A stretch of DNA of 64,000 nucleotides from Candidatus Latescibacterota bacterium (GTDB lineage Bacteria > Latescibacterota > UBA2968 > UBA8231). Location of the stretch: the NCBI GenBank assembly GCA_965217585.1, contig OZ244561.1, positions 544,001-608,000 of the forward strand, read 5' to 3'. The position numbers were made by a program, and so were the translations under genes. The notes under the pieces were generated by a model that worked only from the letters and a program-made list of their open reading frames with translations, was not told the DNA's origin and did not search any database. Shown here one piece after another: positions 31,259 through 40,454 of the stretch (position 1 is the stretch's first letter; each line of letters opens with the position of its first letter).

Positions 31259-34000
31259 TCACTGACTCACCGCCATTTTGACCACGGCTTCTCCTCGCCG
31301 CTCGTCGTCGCCGTGCGCGATCAATCGGCATAGATACAGGCCGCTCGCATAGCCTTCCACCGACCAAGTAACTTCGCGCTCACCGGCTGCCAAACCGTTG
31401 CTGCGGTGCTGCCAAACGCGCCCGCCCAACGCATCAAATACCTCCAATTCGATGCGCCCGGCCGCGCTCAGCGCAAAGCGCAAATGCGCCTCTTCATCGG
31501 GACCGACTGGATTGGGATAGCAATAGACCCGGCCTAGCAAGGCCGCCTCTGGCTCTACGACGGGCCGACCAGCAACCAGCGCAGCCCGCGACCCGGCCGC
31601 GTCGGCACCGGCCTGCGGCCAATGGGCCGGCCCCCCGGCGTACTGCGCCGCCACCTTAAGCAGATCCCACGCATACACGGCCGTGCCATCCAAAGCCGCT
31701 AGCGCCAGGCGGCCATCGCCATCTAAGTCCAATACCACCGGCGACGCCGTCGGGGGGGCGGCCATTAGCAGGGGGAAGTCCGGCAAGAGCCGCCCATCGT
31801 CGTCCACGCCGAAAATTCCGCTGTGGCCGGCGACGAATATCTCCTGCTTGCCGTCGGCATCCACATCGCAAAGCACCGGCTCGAAGACGATATCTCCAAC
31901 CTCGGCAAAGCGCGGCAAGGCCGCGGGGAAGTCGGCGTGGCGCAATCCGTCAGCTCGCAGGGCGTGTATCGCTCCATTCCGCGCAAGCAAAACCACTTCC
32001 AACAGGCCATCGCCGTCCAAATCGCCCAGGACCGGCGGCGCGGCTAGGGAATCGCCTAACTCGGCGCTATGAGATCCGATCTCGACCTGTCCGCCGGTCG
32101 TGGCGAAGACCCATTCGACTTGGCCGTCGCCGTCCAAATCGCCTGTCGCCGGGGGTAACGAGGCCGCAGCCACCGGCGGCCTTTGCTCCTTTAACTCGCC
32201 GCTTATGGCATCTACCACGTAGATCTGTTCCGCTCCGACGAGCAGCAGTTCAGCCTCTGCGCCCGCGCTGAAACTCGCGTCCAACGGCACCTCGTCCAGC
32301 ACAAGCCGCCACCGCGGTTGGTCGGCCCCGGTGTCCCACGCGCTGATCTCTGCGTCGCGCCGCACAAAAACCTCGGGCCGGCCATCGCCGTCGCCGTCGC
32401 CAGCAGCCAGCAGCCGCGCCCTTGGTACTTGCCACGCCGCCACGCCATCTCCGGTCGCATAGCTGACTCCACCCCCGGCCTCAAAGAGCAATTCATCCAC
32501 TCCGTCGCCGTCCAAATCCGCAGCTTGCAGCCGGCCATCACCCGGCAAATCCCGTGGCCAACCCGGGCGGGCGCGCCCAAAGCGTATGGCCACCTGCATG
32601 GTATCGCCGAGTGCGGAAAGCACTTCGATCTCAATGCCGGTTTCCCACTCTCGGTTGCTGCGCGAGTCAGGTTGAGTCGTCGGGCCGAACAGCGTTTGTC
32701 CGCCGACAAAGAACGGATCGTCGGGCCATCCATCGACTTGCAACTCCCACGCACGGCGCGGATCACCAATGTCGCGGTACCCGTCGGCCTCTTCCAAGGC
32801 AATCCCCTTCCAGTGGAGCTGATTGTTCGCGGCACTGGGGTCCGCAGCGCGAGCCATCACGCCCTCGTCTACATGCCATATCAGCACCCCCGACCCTGGG
32901 ACAAAGGCGTCGTATTCCTCCATCGCCACCCACACGCCCTCGTCTATGGTGACCTGATCGAGATCGATCCACATCGTCTCTTCGTCTTCGCCCTCCACAA
33001 CGCCGCGCTGCCCACGCTGTTGCCTGTTCTCCAGCAAGAAGTATTCGCGTGCGTCAATGGGTATGCGCACTGCCTTGGGGAGATCGCCGCTGCGGTCGGT
33101 CGCCAGCAACGATAGTACAGTGTCGCGCCGCACCACCACCGGCTCAATCCACCCTAGCTGCATCTTGCTCCAAGCCATGGGATGCGGCGGCGCGAAGCCG
33201 CGTACCCACGCGAGGCTATCCGTCCGCACGTAGCCCCAAGCGTTGGCCCCCACGTCCATCAGGCTCCAGCTACCTAGGGCCGGCAGGCCGTCGGCAAAAT
33301 TGGACAACCCAGGCAGGCCCAACTGATGGCCAAAGAACTTGGCAAGCAAGCCATTGAGGCCAGCCCGGCCGTTGAGGCTAGGCGACTCCGGCAGGATCCA
33401 CGCCTCATCGATCGCTGCGTCGCCCACGGTCAGCGGACCGCCGTTAAAGAGCGCAAAATCGCCCTCGGATAGGAAAACCGAGCGAATATCGTTCAGCTCG
33501 CCGGTCTCGTGGCCGATCCCGGCATGGAACACGAGGAAGCTGTTGAATTCATCCAAACGCGGGCCGTCGGGATCAGCCAGCGCGGCATGAAGGGCATCGC
33601 TCACCAGCTCGATCCACTTCACACCGATCTCCTCAGTCGTGCGTCCGTTGCCGTAGTGGAGCATAGATTGGGGAAGCGTGTACGCCTGCCGAGCGGCGCG
33701 GGGGAACACCTCGGCGGAAATCGCCACCTGACCGGCAGAAACGACCTCGTAATAGCGCGCCAGCGCGGTCAGATGCCGCTCGAAATAAGCGCGGTCGTGC
33801 GGCGGCACGTCGTAGGGAAGCGCGTAGTCCTCGGCCGCTTCCTCTACCGAGCGCAAGTCAAAAGCCCCGACGCCAGTCGTCGTCAGCTCATCGGGATTTT
33901 CGCGCGGAAAATCGACGCGCAAGGCCAAGATTCGCCACTTGGCGTCGGCCGCGGTGGTCGCTGACAACAGCAGTGAGAAGCAGAAGCCTAAGAGGAGCAA
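31259..34000 (-). CDS. M6 (InhA)-like protein with FG-GAP repeats and T9SS-type C-terminal domain; zinc motif degenerate
   Basis: LALRVDF, FHAG.G, WSLMD.G, WSKMQLGW, EYFLLENR, GVLIWHVDE; several DLDGDG repeats; YCYPNP...SGLYL CTD; start uncertain. Confidence 0.8.
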   Translation of the reverse strand: MLLLGFCFSLLLSATTAADAKWRILALRVDFPRENPDELTTTGVGAFDLRSVEEAAEDYALPYDVPPHDRAYFERHLTALARYYEVVSAGQVAISAEVFPRAARQAYTLPQSMLHYGNGRTTEEIGVKWIELVSDALHAALADPDGPRLDEFNSFLVFHAGIGHETGELNDIRSVFLSEGDFALFNGGPLTVGDAAIDEAWILPESPSLNGRAGLNGLLAKFFGHQLGLPGLSNFADGLPALGSWSLMDVGANAWGYVRTDSLAWVRGFAPPHPMAWSKMQLGWIEPVVVRRDTVLSLLATDRSGDLPKAVRIPIDAREYFLLENRQQRGQRGVVEGEDEETMWIDLDQVTIDEGVWVAMEEYDAFVPGSGVLIWHVDEGVMARAADPSAANNQLHWKGIALEEADGYRDIGDPRRAWELQVDGWPDDPFFVGGQTLFGPTTQPDSRSNREWETGIEIEVLSALGDTMQVAIRFGRARPGWPRDLPGDGRLQAADLDGDGVDELLFEAGGGVSYATGDGVAAWQVPRARLLAAGDGDGDGRPEVFVRRDAEISAWDTGADQPRWRLVLDEVPLDASFSAGAEAELLLVGAEQIYVVDAISGELKEQRPPVAAASLPPATGDLDGDGQVEWVFATTGGQVEIGSHSAELGDSLAAPPVLGDLDGDGLLEVVLLARNGAIHALRADGLRHADFPAALPRFAEVGDIVFEPVLCDVDADGKQEIFVAGHSGIFGVDDDGRLLPDFPLLMAAPPTASPVVLDLDGDGRLALAALDGTAVYAWDLLKVAAQYAGGPAHWPQAGADAAGSRAALVAGRPVVEPEAALLGRVYCYPNPVGPDEEAHLRFALSAAGRIELEVFDALGGRVWQHRSNGLAAGEREVTWSVEGYASGLYLCRLIAHGDDERRGEAVVKMAVSQ

Positions 34001-34064
34001 GGGGGCTAAATCGCAGCGTCGCCGCTCGGTGCGGCAACAGAACCAGCGTCCGATTGGAACACCC

Positions 34065-35117
34065 TCAGAAAATGATGTTCAGGGAAATTGGCGTATTGTC
34101 TCCCACCACCGCGTCTTCGCTGCCGATTATATACGCCACATCAAACTGGAAGCGATTGTATTTTAGGCCAACGCCAAAGGTCTTGGAATGTACCTCGCCG
34201 TCGCTGTCCCGCGAAAGGCCCGCACGCAACGCGATAAACGCCTCACCTTCGTGCGCGGAAAGCCCGTATTGGTATTCGCCGCCCACGTGCAGATCCATCT
34301 CCTTGAACTCGTTGCTCAAGCCCTCGTCGGCCCATGCCGTGGCCAAGTTGCTGACAAAAGACCCATCGGCAATCAGAGGTTTGTACAGGTCAAAAGAGAG
34401 CAGCAGGTCGTTGTATTGGGTATCCATCACGTCGTAGGCCACCCCGACGACGATATGTTGGGGCAGCGGGTCGGCCTGTTCGGCGTCGATATAGGCGATC
34501 TTGGGGCCTAGGTTGCGCAGGGCCGCGCCAAAGCTGAGGCTGGAGGTGGGCTTCCATAAAAATCCCAGATCCGCGGCAAAGCTGCTACCCACGCCCCGGC
34601 CCCGCTCAATGCCGGCCCCCGCATCGGCTAAGTTGCTGCGGATGAACTTCAAGCCGATGCCAGCGGACGTATTGTCGCCGATATCCGCCCCGTAGGCCAC
34701 AGACATAGCTACGTCATAGCTGCGGAAGGTGCCTTGTTGGTTGCCGCGTTCGTCTGTGCGGATCTGCTCGCCTAGATTTAGCAGCGCGACGTTGAGGCCG
34801 AAGTTGCCCCACCCCTCCACAGGCATGGAATAGGCCAGAAACTCGTAGGACAAGTCGTCAGCCAGCTTCGGCAGCCACGCGGTGTGGGAGAAGTGCATGT
34901 TTCTTTTTTGCTGCCCGACAAGCGCGGCTGGGTTGAAGTAGCTGGCCGTGGCGTCATCGGCCACCGCCACATAGGATTCGCCCATGGCAACGGCGCGGGA
35001 ACCCGGATTGATCAACAAAAAAAGCGGAGCACTTCGGCTCTCGGGCGTGGCCCGAACCCCATTGGGCAATGCGCCGACACAAAGGCCGACTAGCAGCAGG
35101 GTCGTCAGTTTCCTCAT
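34065..35117 (-). CDS. porV: T9SS outer-membrane shuttle PorV
   Basis: FLLINPGSRAVAMGE.YVAVADDATASYFNPA, SHTAWLP.LA.D, NLGPKI.Y, DPLP; directly downstream of porU. Confidence 0.85.
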   Translation of the reverse strand: MRKLTTLLLVGLCVGALPNGVRATPESRSAPLFLLINPGSRAVAMGESYVAVADDATASYFNPAALVGQQKRNMHFSHTAWLPKLADDLSYEFLAYSMPVEGWGNFGLNVALLNLGEQIRTDERGNQQGTFRSYDVAMSVAYGADIGDNTSAGIGLKFIRSNLADAGAGIERGRGVGSSFAADLGFLWKPTSSLSFGAALRNLGPKIAYIDAEQADPLPQHIVVGVAYDVMDTQYNDLLLSFDLYKPLIADGSFVSNLATAWADEGLSNEFKEMDLHVGGEYQYGLSAHEGEAFIALRAGLSRDSDGEVHSKTFGVGLKYNRFQFDVAYIIGSEDAVVGDNTPISLNIIF

Positions 35118-35208
35118 AGCGGAGTCCTCCTCAGCTAAGAATAAAAGTATAAAAATGATGCCTCCTAAGTATTAAGGCGATCTCACTGCTACAAAGGCAC
35201 TCCTCTCG
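35079..35208 (-). repeat. Copy V of duplicated leader + signal-peptide segment
   Basis: Near-identical to 31119-31237, with an extra U-rich insert. Confidence 0.9.
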
Positions 35209-35214
35209 CAACGC

Positions 35215-38200
35215 TCACTTGGCAACCTGCAAGACGGCGCGGCGCGCGACCGCAGCGCCACTTTCCCGTTCGGCTTCTATTCGGTATAAATACGAGCCGT
35301 TGGCCAAGCTCGGCGGCGGCGTCCAAGGCACTTGGTTGTAGCCAGCGTGTGTCTGTCCGTCTAGCTGGTCTATCAGCCGACCGGCCAGCGAAAAAACCTC
35401 TATCTGCACAGCGCGCATGTCGTCTTCTAGCTCATACGTGAAGTAGCCGCTATCGCGCATGGGATTCGGGTAAAACAGGACATTGGCAAGGCCCGCGTCG
35501 CCGGCGGCGTCCCCGACCGCGACCGACACCGTTGCACGCGACGAATTGTTGAAGTTGTCCCAGGCCTTCAGGCGGATCTCGTGTTTGCCCGCTTCCAGCT
35601 CGGGCAGGGGAAATTCAATGACCCCCTGACGGTAGTCCCCGCCTTGCACGCTGTAAAGCTCCGTCAATGTGAAGAACTGGCCGTCGATGGCCAGCTCGAT
35701 TTCGTGCCCGGTCTCTCCGGTGATGTTGATGCCGCTGGGATCTGCAATCGAGGCCAACAACACCGTCTGCCGCGGAATCGTGGTGCCTTTGGCCCCCTCG
35801 AAGCGCAGGGAAATTTCCGGCCCCTCCACGTCCGCTTCCACGCCTGCGGCCGTGCCCGCTAGCACCAATCCTTCGGCCGAGCCAAAGGCCGCCGGGCTGT
35901 CATCGCTCCAGACGTAGGCGCTGATGCGGCCGTTCTTCCCGCCGTAGGTAATGTCTTTAGGGACCCGAAACGCGGCGCGGAAGCGGCCCTCGGCTACTGG
36001 AAAGCGGCCGCGAAAGATGGGGGCACCGGTCTGCTGGTAAGTCAAGCCCTCCAAGTCGCTCTCTTCGCTCGAATCAAATGCCTGCAACCACACTTGGCCC
36101 TCATAGGTGGTGGCCGGCGCACCAGCCGCGTCGAGGACTTGGCCGGCCAGAGCCACTTCGCCTAGGGCGTGGAGCGAATCGGCCACGTCGATCTGCACCT
36201 GAAAGCGCGGCATGGCCAAGCGCGTCGCCGGGTCGCCGAAGAGCGTATAGCGCTGAATGTTGCGGAATGTACGGAATGCAGTGGGGCCACTGGGGGAATA
36301 CAGCGGCAGCAGTAATTGCTTAGCCTCGAAGAGGGCCAGCCCAATAGGCACGTGCTCCCGTCCGGTGTGGTACATCTGCCGGTAGAACTGGTTGGCCAAC
36401 TCGACATTGCTGTCGTGATATCCCACTCGGGCCGCGCAAATCATGCCGATCACGCCCCCGTCTTCCTTCTTCAAGAGCGCCTCGGGGATGGAGATGCGCA
36501 CTGGATCGTCGAACACCCCAACTTGACTGGCGGCCGTGAAAAACAAGGGCAGGCGACCGCCATTTCTGACATCGTCCAAATCGCGGGAAAGCAAGAACAT
36601 CCACTCGTGGGCCAAGCGGTCGTAGGTGCCGTGCCCCAAATAGGTCACAATAAGCGCGCCCTTGTTGAGGAGCCGGATGAACGCGTCCCGCGCCCGCGGT
36701 TTCTTCCCTCCCTCTAGGGGGAATTGGGCGATGTAGAGCTTGGTCACGTCCAACGCCTCAGGCATGACGTTTTGGGCCATGTATTCGCTGTCGTTGAGAA
36801 AGTATTTCTCGACATTAAGCGGCTTGTCTCGATTGAATAAATCATCCGCAACCAGCGCCACGCGGCTCTGCCAAGGCCCCAATTCAGGCGCGCGGTCGTA
36901 GGCGATGATTTTGTCGGCGAGCGCGTCGGCCTCAGCCGCGGTCTGCACCGTCAGCCGACCAATAGCCATGTCGGGGAACAAATCGCCGCCGACCACGCGC
37001 GTGTACCACTCGTCGTACGTGCTGTCGCCGTCTTGGAAGGCCGGGATCCAATTGCCCTGACTGAGGGCCGAATTGTTCTTGTAATCGTACGAGCCATCGC
37101 CGACCAAGACCACGAATAGGGGAGCGGGATCCCAGTGCTCGGCCGCATAGGCGAGAAAATTGCGGATCGCCGCTGGATCCAAAAGTCCGCCGGAAAATTC
37201 GTCGTAGATGTCTTGTACGTCGATGGCCACCGTCCGCAGGGGCGGACCGAAGCGGTCGTCTTCAGCCCGCCATTGCGCCAAGCGCTCGGCCGCGGCGCGG
37301 AAATCGCGGTGGTAAATCGCCACCCAATCGGCCCCCCAGCCCCCAGTCGTCAAATCGCCGGGCAAGTCAAGCTCGACCCGCACTGGTCGCTTCCAAGTCG
37401 CCGGACCGCCGACTATGTACTGACGCGGCACCTCCCCGGGTCGATCCTGAAAAGTTACCGTCCCGGCTTGCGCGTCGTACTCGAAGTCCACGACCTCGGC
37501 CAAGCCCGCAGTAACCTCAAAGACGCGCGGCTGCTCGTCGGCAAAACCAGCGAGACGGAATTGAGTGGTGCCCGTCAGCGGATAGGTGAAGATCAGCTCG
37601 CCGCGCTCGGCGACAAAGCCGCGGCTGTACTCCACCTCGTACCAGTCTAAGCGGGACGGATTACCGGAGTGAACGATCCCCAAGTGGTTCAGCCCCTCCT
37701 GCGCCCCCATCGGTGCCCACAGCGTATCGGATGCAACGGGCGTCTGGCGAGGTTCGTCTGGGATTGCAAAAGCCTCTCTTCCGATGGTCTCTTCGTTCCA
37801 GCGCACCTCAAACCGCGGCCGCGTCCCGGGTACCCCGATAAAGCCCAAACGCACGGCTACCGGCTCGGGCACGGCCTGCCGCACCACCACCGGAAAATTG
37901 CGCGCATTGCCGCGAAAGTCCTCCCAGTACCAAGTGTAGCCAGACTTGATGCTATAAAGCTGGTTGAGAACGAACTGCTCGGCTTCCTCGTGGACCCGCA
38001 CCCGATAGCTCGTGGGCTGCTGCGGGTCGGACGCCACCAGAGCACCACTCCTTTGCTCGGCCCGCCGCCCCTCGCCTCCACCGCCAAAACCCAGCCAGTA
38101 CGCGTTCTCGCGCGTGTAGAGGTTGTGCCGATATTGAAACGAGCGGCTAGTCTGGACGTATTCCCAGCGGCTGACCGGCTCGGCCCAAAACAAGACGAAG

Positions 38201-38940
38201 TCGTCCGCGTCCAAACGGCCATCGCCCCCATCTTCTACGACCAAGCCCACTTCTGGCATGGCTTGGGGTGGACCTACCTGACTGATGGACAAGGCTTTAC
38301 CACCTCCGTAGTGCAGGCGCAAACTCGCCGGATCGATGTCGTCGAGCGATACCCCGGCGGCCTCTAAGTCGGCACCCGATATCCTGTACATCCCCTCTTC
38401 CGAGACCAAGATCCGCAGCCAAGTCCCTTCTTGCAACGCGGCCTTGCGCGCTGGCCGCCGCTTGGGTGGCAATCGCCAGTTCCTAGCTTGCTCGGGATTG
38501 ACGAGCACCCCTCGGTAGAATGCTTCGCCCCAAGGGTCGGCAACGCGGGTGCCGCCACTGCCGGTCACGTGCAGGTCAACGACGATGCGATCATACAGGG
38601 TCCGCGTCCCATCTGCTTCGACGCGCGGGGCAAACGCCACCGGAACGACGCGCTGGCGACGCGCAAAACCACTCTCGCCGAGGAAGACCGGCTCGGGCGT
38701 AGACGCGTCGTCTTCAGCGGCGCGATCCGTCCGCGCCACGTGGGCTTCGATCAACTCCAAGCGAACCTGTCCGTCGATTGGGACGCCGATCAAGGCACCG
38801 CGCCCCCGCTCCAATTCTTGGCCCTCGGGGAGCCAAACCAACCGCAGGCGCTGTGGCGTCTGTTCGCTCACGCGCAATTCCGCCATGGCCGCACTCCCGC
38901 AAAAAAGCGCGAGCGCCCAAAAGCAGCATTTGAATCTCAT
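35215..38940 (-). CDS. porU: PorU-like gingipain-clan (C25) sortase with C-terminal CTD
   Basis: EEGMYRI, NLYTRENAYWL, IYDEFSGG..DP.AIRNFL, GDGSYDYKN, IGRL, ADD, YLGHG, LFGDPA, GINITG..GH, LKAWDNFNN, FYPNP...NGSYLY. Confidence 0.87.
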   Translation of the reverse strand: MRFKCCFWALALFCGSAAMAELRVSEQTPQRLRLVWLPEGQELERGRGALIGVPIDGQVRLELIEAHVARTDRAAEDDASTPEPVFLGESGFARRQRVVPVAFAPRVEADGTRTLYDRIVVDLHVTGSGGTRVADPWGEAFYRGVLVNPEQARNWRLPPKRRPARKAALQEGTWLRILVSEEGMYRISGADLEAAGVSLDDIDPASLRLHYGGGKALSISQVGPPQAMPEVGLVVEDGGDGRLDADDFVLFWAEPVSRWEYVQTSRSFQYRHNLYTRENAYWLGFGGGGEGRRAEQRSGALVASDPQQPTSYRVRVHEEAEQFVLNQLYSIKSGYTWYWEDFRGNARNFPVVVRQAVPEPVAVRLGFIGVPGTRPRFEVRWNEETIGREAFAIPDEPRQTPVASDTLWAPMGAQEGLNHLGIVHSGNPSRLDWYEVEYSRGFVAERGELIFTYPLTGTTQFRLAGFADEQPRVFEVTAGLAEVVDFEYDAQAGTVTFQDRPGEVPRQYIVGGPATWKRPVRVELDLPGDLTTGGWGADWVAIYHRDFRAAAERLAQWRAEDDRFGPPLRTVAIDVQDIYDEFSGGLLDPAAIRNFLAYAAEHWDPAPLFVVLVGDGSYDYKNNSALSQGNWIPAFQDGDSTYDEWYTRVVGGDLFPDMAIGRLTVQTAAEADALADKIIAYDRAPELGPWQSRVALVADDLFNRDKPLNVEKYFLNDSEYMAQNVMPEALDVTKLYIAQFPLEGGKKPRARDAFIRLLNKGALIVTYLGHGTYDRLAHEWMFLLSRDLDDVRNGGRLPLFFTAASQVGVFDDPVRISIPEALLKKEDGGVIGMICAARVGYHDSNVELANQFYRQMYHTGREHVPIGLALFEAKQLLLPLYSPSGPTAFRTFRNIQRYTLFGDPATRLAMPRFQVQIDVADSLHALGEVALAGQVLDAAGAPATTYEGQVWLQAFDSSEESDLEGLTYQQTGAPIFRGRFPVAEGRFRAAFRVPKDITYGGKNGRISAYVWSDDSPAAFGSAEGLVLAGTAAGVEADVEGPEISLRFEGAKGTTIPRQTVLLASIADPSGINITGETGHEIELAIDGQFFTLTELYSVQGGDYRQGVIEFPLPELEAGKHEIRLKAWDNFNNSSRATVSVAVGDAAGDAGLANVLFYPNPMRDSGYFTYELEDDMRAVQIEVFSLAGRLIDQLDGQTHAGYNQVPWTPPPSLANGSYLYRIEAERESGAAVARRAVLQVAK

Positions 38941-39031
38941 AAAATGGTATAGGTGGGATTGGTCATGTGGTCATGGCGATTGGCACTTTTAAGGTCATTC
39001 CAAGCCCCCTTTTTGTCAAGGGCATCTCACC

Positions 39032-39060
39032 TTGACTTATCGACTCAGCACCGCTATGTT
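39032..39060 (+). promoter_or_regulatory. sigma70 promoter of rpmB, back-to-back with a TTGACA facing porU
   Basis: TTGACT (39032-37), 17 bp, TATGTT (39055-60); minus-strand TTGACA at 39019-39014. Confidence 0.55.
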
Positions 39061-39087
39061 TTACTATTTCTTAACAGGGAGGCACTC

Positions 39088-39315
39088 ATGGCCAGACAAT
39101 GCAGCCTGACCAACGTTAAGGGCCTAGTTGGCAACAAAGTCAGCCACTCGCAGCGCAAAACCAAGCGTGTCCAACAGCCCAACCTCATCAAAAAGCGCAT
39201 CTTCATTCCCGAAGAAAACCGCACCGTCACCCTACGCCTGACCGCCCGCGCCCTACGCACTTTAAACAAAAAAGGCGTCCATCAGTTCCTCAAGGAAAAC
39301 GGGATCAAGGTCTGA
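39088..39315 (+). CDS. rpmB: 50S ribosomal protein L28
   Basis: MARQCSLT...GNKVSHSQRKTKRVQQPNL; GGAGG RBS. Confidence 0.97.
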   Translation: MARQCSLTNVKGLVGNKVSHSQRKTKRVQQPNLIKKRIFIPEENRTVTLRLTARALRTLNKKGVHQFLKENGIKV

Positions 39316-39338
39316 GCGGGCAAAAGCCCTCCGCGCAC

Positions 39339-40454
39339 ATGAACCAAGGTGACGACGTAGCCGACGCCATCCAAGAGCGAGTTCACCAAGCCCTAGCCGA
39401 AAACGCGGCCTTAAAAATTTTTGCCGGCCGCACTAAGTCCTTTCTCGGACGCCGACACGACGGAGCCCCACTCGACCTCTCCGCTCTGGCCGGCGTCGTC
39501 AGCTACGAGCCAAACGAATTGGTTTTAGTCGCCCGCCCGGGCACCAAGCTGAGCGAAATAGAAGCCCTGTGCCGTAGCGAAAACCAGTACTTCGCTTTCG
39601 AGCCGCCCGCTTGGGGTGCGGCCGCGACCATCGGCGGCACCGTGGCCTGCAACCTCTCGGGACCGCGGCGCTTCAAGATGGGCGCACTGCGCGATCACTT
39701 GCTCGGTGCCGAGCTAATCGACGGCCGCGGCGAGCGAATTCGCACCGGCGGCAAAGTCGTCAAGAACGTCACGGGCTACGATCTATCCAAGGTACTGGCC
39801 GGCTCCTTTGGGACGCTGGGGGTGCTTACCGAGGTTTGCCTCAAGGTCTGGCCGCGCCCTGAAACCCAAGCAACCCTGTTCATTCACGGACTGAGGCCCG
39901 CAGCGGCGTTGGAGCGGATTCTCGACTGGGCGGCGCGGCCCCTACAGATCACGGGCCTAGTCTGCGACGCCGACCAGTTAGCCGCCCGTGTCGAAGGCCC
40001 AGCACCAGCGGTGCTGGCGCAGCTAGCACCGCTGCGCGAAGGAGAAACAGCAGAGTCGGAGATAATAGAAGAGGCCGAGTCGCACGCCTTCTGGCGACGT
40101 TGGCGCGAGCTCGAATGGCTGGCCCCGGCCGAGGGCCAACAGCGCTGGCGCTTTTCTGGACCGCCGACCAAGATGGTGCAGCTAATGGAAGCGCTAGAGG
40201 CCGAGGGGCTAAGTCGCTGGGGGCTGGACTGGGCCGGCGGCTTGCTGTGGGTGCTGTTGCCGGTGGCCGCCCAAGCCTCGCGCTTGCACCGCATCGCAGC
40301 CCGCCACCAAGCCCTTGGCTGGCGCTTTGCAGCCGACGAGCACAACGAAGACGTCTTTACCCCACTCAGTGCCGGCGCGGCGCGCATGAACCAGATGCTC
40401 AAGCGCGCCCTCGACCCACAAGGCATTTTTAACCCAGGCAAGATGTACGCCTAA
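39339..40454 (+). CDS. glcE: Glycolate oxidase FAD-binding subunit GlcE-like
   Basis: YEPNELV, FEPP, ATIGG.VACNLSGPRR, GGKVVKNVTGYDLSK, DPQGIFNPG. Confidence 0.85.
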   Translation: MNQGDDVADAIQERVHQALAENAALKIFAGRTKSFLGRRHDGAPLDLSALAGVVSYEPNELVLVARPGTKLSEIEALCRSENQYFAFEPPAWGAAATIGGTVACNLSGPRRFKMGALRDHLLGAELIDGRGERIRTGGKVVKNVTGYDLSKVLAGSFGTLGVLTEVCLKVWPRPETQATLFIHGLRPAAALERILDWAARPLQITGLVCDADQLAARVEGPAPAVLAQLAPLREGETAESEIIEEAESHAFWRRWRELEWLAPAEGQQRWRFSGPPTKMVQLMEALEAEGLSRWGLDWAGGLLWVLLPVAAQASRLHRIAARHQALGWRFAADEHNEDVFTPLSAGAARMNQMLKRALDPQGIFNPGKMYA

